The notes below the pieces were generated by a model. That model was not told the origin of the DNA. It worked only from the letters and a program-made list of their open reading frames with translations, and searched no databases. Shown one piece after another: positions 49,301 through 54,490 of a stretch of DNA of 54,490 nucleotides (position 1 is the stretch's first letter; each line of letters starts with the position of its first letter). The position numbers and the translations under genes were made by a program. This stretch comes from Gemmatimonadales bacterium (GTDB lineage Bacteria; Gemmatimonadota; Gemmatimonadetes; Gemmatimonadales; GWC2-71-9), in contig JBBQFH010000020.1 in the NCBI GenBank assembly GCA_038321865.1, positions 1-54,490 of the forward strand, written 5' to 3'.

Positions 49301-50271
49301 GCCAGCGTGCGCCGGAGCAGGACGGCGAAAAGGGGTACGCCGACCAGCGCGGTGACCACGCCCACCGGAAGCTCGAGCGGCGGCAGCAGGCTACGCGCGA
49401 GTGCATCGGCGAGCACCAGGAAGATGCCGCCGGTGAGAAACGTCACCGGCAGCAAGGTGCGATGCAGCGGCGACCACACCAGGCGGCAGGCGTGCGGCAC
49501 GACGAGGCCGACGAACCCGATGATCCCGCATGTTGCGACGCTGGCCGCGGTGAGGAGCGATGCGGCCACGAACACGAGCCGCTTGGTTCGCTCGACATCG
49601 GCACCGAGGTACTCGGCCGTCTCCTCGCCGAGCGCGAGCAGGTCGAGACTCCGCGCCTTGGCGAACAGGACAGCGATCGGCAGCGCCGCGTACGCGCTAA
49701 ATACGCCGAGGGCCTGCCACGAGGCGCCGCCGAGCCCGCCGAGCAGCCAGAGGAAGGCGTTCCGCAGCGTCGGCGCATCGGACAACACGATGATGGCGCT
49801 CATCACCGCGGCGGCGAACGCTCCAACCACGACACCGGCCAGGAGCAGCACCCTGGGATCCAGCCGGCGCCCGCTCACGACAGCGAGACGGTAAACGAGC
49901 GCCACAGCCCCGATTGCGCCGGCGAAGGCGGAGACCGGTACCGCCCACGCACTGCCCGCGTGGAGGGCGATCGCCGCGACCGCGCCGAGGCCCGCCCCGC
50001 CGGACAGCCCGAGCAGGTAGGGGTCCGCCAGCGGATTTCGCACCAAAGCCTGGAGCGCCGCCCCGCACAGCCCAAGGCTGCCGCCAACCATGAAGGCAAG
50101 GAGTACGCGGGGCAGCCGCAGCTGGCGGACGATCGCCGCCGATCCGGCGTCGGCATCGAATATCCCGCGGATCACCTCACCGGGCGCGAGGCGTACCGAT
50201 CCGACCCCAATGGCCAGCAGGATCGCGGCCGTGACGCCGACGCCGAGAAGCGCGTTCCGCGGCACGCTCAC
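49297..50271 (-). CDS. btuC: FecCD/BtuC-family permease
   Basis: LRLPR, RNPLADPY.LG, G.IGFVGLVVPH and ELPVGVVTA. Confidence 0.85.
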   Translation of the reverse strand: MSVPRNALLGVGVTAAILLAIGVGSVRLAPGEVIRGIFDADAGSAAIVRQLRLPRVLLAFMVGGSLGLCGAALQALVRNPLADPYLLGLSGGAGLGAVAAIALHAGSAWAVPVSAFAGAIGAVALVYRLAVVSGRRLDPRVLLLAGVVVGAFAAAVMSAIIVLSDAPTLRNAFLWLLGGLGGASWQALGVFSAYAALPIAVLFAKARSLDLLALGEETAEYLGADVERTKRLVFVAASLLTAASVATCGIIGFVGLVVPHACRLVWSPLHRTLLPVTFLTGGIFLVLADALARSLLPPLELPVGVVTALVGVPLFAVLLRRTLA

Positions 50272-51164
50272 CTGGCAGCCCCGGCGAGGGCGTCGGTGAG
50301 CCGGCGAATGGCGGCGGGTGCGCGCGGGCTCGGCCGACTGAATTCGGAGCCCGTTCCGTGGATGAAGCGCCGTTCGCGGACGGCAGTGACAGCCTGCCAC
50401 TCCGGACGCGCTGCAAATGCAGGAATGCCCGGCGCAGCGGTGAACACGTAGGCCGGGTTTCGCACCGCCGCGGCCTCTACGCTGATCTGGCCGGACGACG
50501 CGGCCAGATCGGCGAATACGTTGCGGGCCCCGGCGCGAGCCAGCAGCTCGCTCAGGAAGCTGCCGGCGCCGACCGTCATTGGTGGTTCGTCCCAGACCAG
50601 GATGAAAACCCCGGGTGGGTGGGCCGGCGGCGTCACGGTCGCCGCGGCGAGCTCATCGGTGAACACCTTCGCCATGGAATCGGCGGCGGCGACGCGGCCG
50701 GTGAGGTGCCCCAGCAGCCGCCCGAGGCGTGGCACGTCGGCGAGTTGGTCGCTCCGGACCCGGATCGCGGGGATGCCGAGCGCGCGCAGCCGCTCGGCGG
50801 CGCTCCCATTTTGCCCGGAGAGGTAGAGGACGACGAGATCGGGGCGCGCACCGACAATGGCTTCCAGGTTGGGATTGATGCCGTCGCCGAGGTCGGGAAT
50901 CTTCGCCGCCGCGGCGGGATAGTCGCACCAGCGGGTGCGCCCGACGAGCCGGTCACCGGCCCCGATGGCGAACATGAGCTCGGTCGCGGCGGGGATGAGT
51001 GACACGACGCGGTGTGCCGGGGCGACGACGCGAACGGTATCGCCGGCATCGTCCACGACCGACAGCGAGGTCGATGGAGCCGCGGCTCGGCCACATGCCA
51101 CTGCCGGCAGGACCAGCGCGAGAACCAACCAGCGACGACGGATCCACAAATGACGATCGCCCAT
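50268..51164 (-). CDS. btuF: Cobalamin-binding lipoprotein (helical backbone metal receptor)
   Basis: Lipobox AVA-C, RVVSL.P..TE, CDYP, P.LE.I...PDLV and FSRPSPR. Confidence 0.85.
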   Translation of the reverse strand: MGDRHLWIRRRWLVLALVLPAVACGRAAAPSTSLSVVDDAGDTVRVVAPAHRVVSLIPAATELMFAIGAGDRLVGRTRWCDYPAAAAKIPDLGDGINPNLEAIVGARPDLVVLYLSGQNGSAAERLRALGIPAIRVRSDQLADVPRLGRLLGHLTGRVAAADSMAKVFTDELAAATVTPPAHPPGVFILVWDEPPMTVGAGSFLSELLARAGARNVFADLAASSGQISVEAAAVRNPAYVFTAAPGIPAFAARPEWQAVTAVRERRFIHGTGSEFSRPSPRAPAAIRRLTDALAGAAR

Positions 51165-51252
51165 CCCGGGCGGACCGAGATGGGCGCAGAAAGGCCGCGG
51201 ACGCGGCGCTTCATCACGCCACCCGACCCTCCCCCGAGGGTTGTTGTGGTGG

Positions 51253-51390
51253 CGCGAACGGAGAGGTCTCCTGGCTTCGGGCCTCCGCTCGCCTTCCCGG
51301 TTTCCCAGTGGCGATCGAGCGGAGCTGACTGCCCATCACAGTGGCGGGGCCGCGCCGGTCTTTCACCGGCTTCCGAGCGCCCCGTTCGCG
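51253..51390 (-). ncRNA. Cobalamin riboswitch
   Basis: P1 CGCGAACGG/CCGTTCGCG; GGAAGCCGGTGAAAGACCGGCGCGGCCCCGCCACTGTGA; GCCACTGGGAAACCGGGAAGG; B12 box AGCCAGGAGACC; upstream of the btu genes. Confidence 0.93.
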
Positions 51391-51415
51391 TTGCTTCAAT
51401 TTTCTTCCAGCGGAA

Positions 51416-51444
51416 AGTCTAGACCCTGGTGCCGCGCTCCGCAA
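51416..51444 (-). promoter_or_regulatory. Sigma70-type promoter for the riboswitch/btu operon, overlapping the upstream stop codon
   Basis: TTGCGG-17-TAGACT. Confidence 0.5.
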
Positions 51445-52531
51445 GCGCCGCCAGCAGCGCCGACTTCAGTCGCGCCCGCTCCGATTCGTACGCCGCTCGG
51501 ACGACCGCCTCCCGCGCGTCGCTGCGGCGTGCCTGGCTGGCGTCCAGCCGGGCGATCGCCTCCAGCAGATCGTCCGCGGTAGGCGCTGCGGGCACGGAAG
51601 CCGTTCGCCGAAGGGCCCGCGCCGTACCGGCACCGAGTGTCAGGATCAGCAGCGTCACCAGAGCCGCCAGCGTCCAGCGGCCCGGCCGCAGCGGCGTGCG
51701 GAGTCGAATGGTGAGCGCCGAGCCCGCGGGCATGGGCCCTTCCCATCGGCCAAACCCCCGGCCCTGAATCGTCTGTGAGTCCGGGCGGGTGGTCAGGCCT
51801 CCCTCGACGCGGGCGGACTTCTCCTCGAGCATCACGTTCACCAGCGGAACCGCCTCATCGAACGGAAACCGCGCGGCGCCCAGGTCGCCGGGAAGCGAGT
51901 ATTCCAGGACCACCTGCTTGTCACCCGGCGCGACGGGCGCGAGCACCATGACCGTGTCGCCGCGCCGAACGACCGTTTCCGGGGAAAAATCTCCCTGCCC
52001 CGCGGTGAACCCGGTTGCCGCACCCGGAATGCGCAGGACCCACGTCGGCCGGGTCGTATCGGCGGAGACCCGTGCCAGCGGCCCGGCGTTGTGCAGGACG
52101 ATCACCTCGACCACCGCCCGCGCATCATGCTCGTCCGGCGCGCTCACCACGACGTGGCGGGCGATCATCCGGACCGGCGCCAGGCTCGACGTATCGGAGA
52201 CCAGCAGATCGATGGCGGTGTCCGGTCGCTCCGGATTGGTGTGGATCGGGTCGGCGAAGTAGGCGATGCCGGCGTGCCGCGCGCTGAGCAGATACACCGC
52301 CGTGGTGTCGGCCACAAACCGAAATGCAAAACGACCGGCCGGATCGGTGACGATCGAATCCACCGGCCCCTGCTCCAGGCGGCCGACACGGTGCATGACG
52401 ACCCGAATGCCGCCGGCCTGGATGGTGTCCGTCGGCGTGACGCGCCGCACCCGCCCCGCAGCCACCACTCGCACCTGCGCCTGGAGGGACGTGGCGGTCA
52501 GGACCGCACAGGCCAAAAGCGGACCGGACAG
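51419..52531 (-). CDS. Membrane-anchored periplasmic hypothetical protein
   Basis: Signal-like segment after the DUF151 stop (CTG 52531 or TTG 52516 start), beta-sandwich-like region (TD..GRFAF), C-terminal TM then LL.AIARLD...YE.ER.RLK helices. Confidence 0.7.
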   Translation of the reverse strand: MSGPLLACAVLTATSLQAQVRVVAAGRVRRVTPTDTIQAGGIRVVMHRVGRLEQGPVDSIVTDPAGRFAFRFVADTTAVYLLSARHAGIAYFADPIHTNPERPDTAIDLLVSDTSSLAPVRMIARHVVVSAPDEHDARAVVEVIVLHNAGPLARVSADTTRPTWVLRIPGAATGFTAGQGDFSPETVVRRGDTVMVLAPVAPGDKQVVLEYSLPGDLGAARFPFDEAVPLVNVMLEEKSARVEGGLTTRPDSQTIQGRGFGRWEGPMPAGSALTIRLRTPLRPGRWTLAALVTLLILTLGAGTARALRRTASVPAAPTADDLLEAIARLDASQARRSDAREAVVRAAYESERARLKSALLAALAERGTRV

Positions 52532-52532
52532 C

Positions 52533-53024
52533 TTACGGATTGAACTTGCCGAAGTCCTGCGGATCCATCTTCTCGAGGTATTCCTTAAGTGCATCCGCAT
52601 CGAGGGATGGATCCGGGGCCGGATCGTCGCTCTCGATGCCGCTTTCATCGAGCAGACGATCGCTCGTGAAAATTGGAGCATTGAGTCTGAGCGCGAGCGC
52701 GATGCTGTCACTGGGCCGGGCGTCCACCTGAAACACGTGGTCGTCGCGCCGAATCAGCAGCTCGGCGAAATAGGTGTTCTCCTTCACGGAGCTGATGACG
52801 ACCCGGCGCAGGTCGCCCCCCAACCCCAGGATGATCTGCTTCAGGAGATCGTGGGTCAGCGGCCGCTGGGCCTTGAGGCCCTGCAGCTCCATCGCGATGG
52901 CGCTCGCTTCCGCCGGGCCGATCCAGATCGGCAGCACCCGCGTGCCGTCCTTCTCCCGAAGGATCACCACCGGTGTGTTGGTCGTGCGGTCGAGGCCCAG
53001 GTGCGCCACAGTGACTTCGAGCAT
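52533..53024 (-). CDS. Bifunctional nuclease family (DUF151) protein
   Basis: LPIWIGPAEA.AI, RPLTHDLL and DARPSD.IALALR. Confidence 0.92.
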   Translation of the reverse strand: MLEVTVAHLGLDRTTNTPVVILREKDGTRVLPIWIGPAEASAIAMELQGLKAQRPLTHDLLKQIILGLGGDLRRVVISSVKENTYFAELLIRRDDHVFQVDARPSDSIALALRLNAPIFTSDRLLDESGIESDDPAPDPSLDADALKEYLEKMDPQDFGKFNP

Positions 53025-53027
53025 CGC

Positions 53028-54254
53028 TCAGACGGCCGACAGCAGGTCCTGCACGCGTCCGGTCTGCTCCCACGTGAAAAAGTCCTGCTTCCGCGCCTCA
53101 TCGTCGTAGCGGCGGCTGAACGGCCGGCGCCCGAAGTGTCCATACGCCGCGGTGGGGCCATAGATGGGACGCTTGAGCTTGAGCGCCTTGATGATGCCGC
53201 CCGGCGTGAGATCGAAAACCTCGCGCACCGCCTTCTCGAGCTTGGCGTCCGGCACACGCCCGGTGCCGAAGGTGTCCACCATGACAGATACCGGCTGCGC
53301 GACGCCGATCGCGTAGGCCACCTGCACCTCGCATCGGCGGGCGAGCTTCGCCTCCACGATCGTCTTCGCCACCCAGCGCATCGCATAGGCGGCGGAGCGA
53401 TCGACCTTCGACGGATCCTTGCCGCTGAAGGCGCCGCCGCCGTGGCGGGCCATCCCGCCGTAGGTGTCCACGATGATCTTGCGCCCGGTCAGGCCGGCGT
53501 CGCCGTGCGGTCCACCGATGACGAAGCGGCCGGTCGGATTGATCAGAAACTTGACCCGCGCCGAGTCCAGGCCGGCCGCGTCGAGCACCGGGCGGACGAC
53601 TTCCTCGATCATCGCCTCCCGGATCGTGCCCGGGCTCAGCCGGCGGGATCCGTTCCGCTCCGCGTGCTGGGTAGACACGACGATGGTCTTCACCCCGATG
53701 GGTCGATCGCCTTCATACTCGACCGACACCTGGCTCTTGCCGTCGGGACGCAGCCAGCCGATGCCGGCCCGGCCATCGATGCCCTTGCGCACCGCCGCGA
53801 GCCGCTCGCTGATGCGATGCGCCAGCAGGATGGGCAGCGGCATCCGCTCGCGCGTCTCGTTGGTGGCGTACCCGAACATCATACCCTGGTCGCCGGCGCC
53901 CTGCTCGTGATCGGGATCGGAGTCGACGCCCATCGCGATGTCGGGCGACTGCCGATCGATGGACGTGATGACCGCGCAGGTCCGGGCGTCGAACCCGTAG
54001 GACGCGTCGGTGTAGCCGATGCGTTCGATGGTGCGGCGAACCAGATCAGGAATGTTGACGTAGGTCTTCGTCGTGATCTCGCCGGCGACGATCGCCATGC
54101 CGGTCGTCACCATCGTCTCACACGCGACGCGACCCTCCGGGTCCTTCGCGAGGATCGCGTCGAGGATCGCGTCGGAGATCTGGTCCGCTACCTTGTCGGG
54201 GTGGCCTTCAGTGACGGACTCGGAGGTGAAGACGTGGCGCTTCGCTGCGGCCAT
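53028..54254 (-). CDS. metK: S-adenosylmethionine synthetase
   Basis: [33 protein letters not shown] and TAAYGHFGR. Confidence 0.98.
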   Translation of the reverse strand: MAAAKRHVFTSESVTEGHPDKVADQISDAILDAILAKDPEGRVACETMVTTGMAIVAGEITTKTYVNIPDLVRRTIERIGYTDASYGFDARTCAVITSIDRQSPDIAMGVDSDPDHEQGAGDQGMMFGYATNETRERMPLPILLAHRISERLAAVRKGIDGRAGIGWLRPDGKSQVSVEYEGDRPIGVKTIVVSTQHAERNGSRRLSPGTIREAMIEEVVRPVLDAAGLDSARVKFLINPTGRFVIGGPHGDAGLTGRKIIVDTYGGMARHGGGAFSGKDPSKVDRSAAYAMRWVAKTIVEAKLARRCEVQVAYAIGVAQPVSVMVDTFGTGRVPDAKLEKAVREVFDLTPGGIIKALKLKRPIYGPTAAYGHFGRRPFSRRYDDEARKQDFFTWEQTGRVQDLLSAV

Positions 54255-54307
54255 GATCGCGGGTTCTCGGTGTTGGAGTCGGGCGCCCGCGGTTCGGGCG
54301 ACGGAGC

Positions 54308-54337
54308 AAGGTAGCGAAGCGAGGCGGCGGGTCGCAA
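54308..54337 (-). promoter_or_regulatory. Putative sigma70 promoter of metK
   Basis: TTGCGA-18-TACCTT. Confidence 0.4.
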
Positions 54338-54341
54338 CGCC

Positions 54342-54490
54342 CTACATGCGGCCGATCAGGCGGAGATCCACGAAGTCCCGCACCCCTTCGCGCAGCGCCT
54401 CGACCACGTCCCGGGTGTCGATGGCGGCGAGCGCCGCGGTCGCCGCGCGGCGCGCCGCTTCTTCCGGAACCGTACGAATGACCCACTTGA
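54342..54490 (-). CDS. ptsI: C-terminus of probable PTS enzyme I (partial)
   Basis: Hand translation KWVIRTVPEEAARRAATAALAAIDTRDVVEALREGVRDFVDLRLIGRM* resembles the enzyme I terminal helices. Confidence 0.55.
   Translation of the reverse strand, partial: KWVIRTVPEEAARRAATAALAAIDTRDVVEALREGVRDFVDLRLIGRM

Noticed and set aside
52266..54314. Long antisense ORFs (682 aa here; also 1462-2979, 11022-12410, 21932-23725, 25660-27351, 36517-38103)
   Set aside because: They mirror well-supported genes on the other strand and carry no motifs. They are expected shadow ORFs in high-GC DNA.
54255..54341. SAM riboswitch upstream of metK
   Set aside because: The leader is short and I recognise no SAM-I core; a covariance search would be needed to exclude rarer classes.

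Overview
This is a high-GC (about 70%) bacterial chromosome segment, mostly on the minus strand, with frequent GTG starts and ATGA/GTGA gene overlaps. Gene content and protein style suggest Gemmatimonadota (inference). It is largely housekeeping: gatA'/gatC, pcrA, an orphan histidine kinase, serS, a roadblock-manC-glmU-like-MBL cluster and groES/groEL with a CIRCE operator. A long operon runs site-2 protease, scpAB, rluB, moxR/DUF58/Bat, mutL, miaA, bshA, uppP, birA, coaX, ubiA-like. After it come rpsT, pyrRBC, two tRNA-Ser genes, tadA, clpB, selB-recO, a cobalamin-riboswitch-controlled btuFCDB operon, DUF151, metK and the 3' end of a probable ptsI. I see no mobile element, CRISPR array or rRNA. 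The best candidate for something undescribed is a cysteine-free, probably secreted protein with a complete PHM/SURNod19-type copper monooxygenase ligand set, transcribed divergently from CIRCE-groESL. Others are a beta-barrel/NlpC-P60 fusion, a cargo-less T9SS-CTD-like protein, a sigma54-type promoter with a palindrome before clpB, and mini-proteins between the two tRNA-Ser genes. All product calls come from motif recognition by eye; no searches were run.
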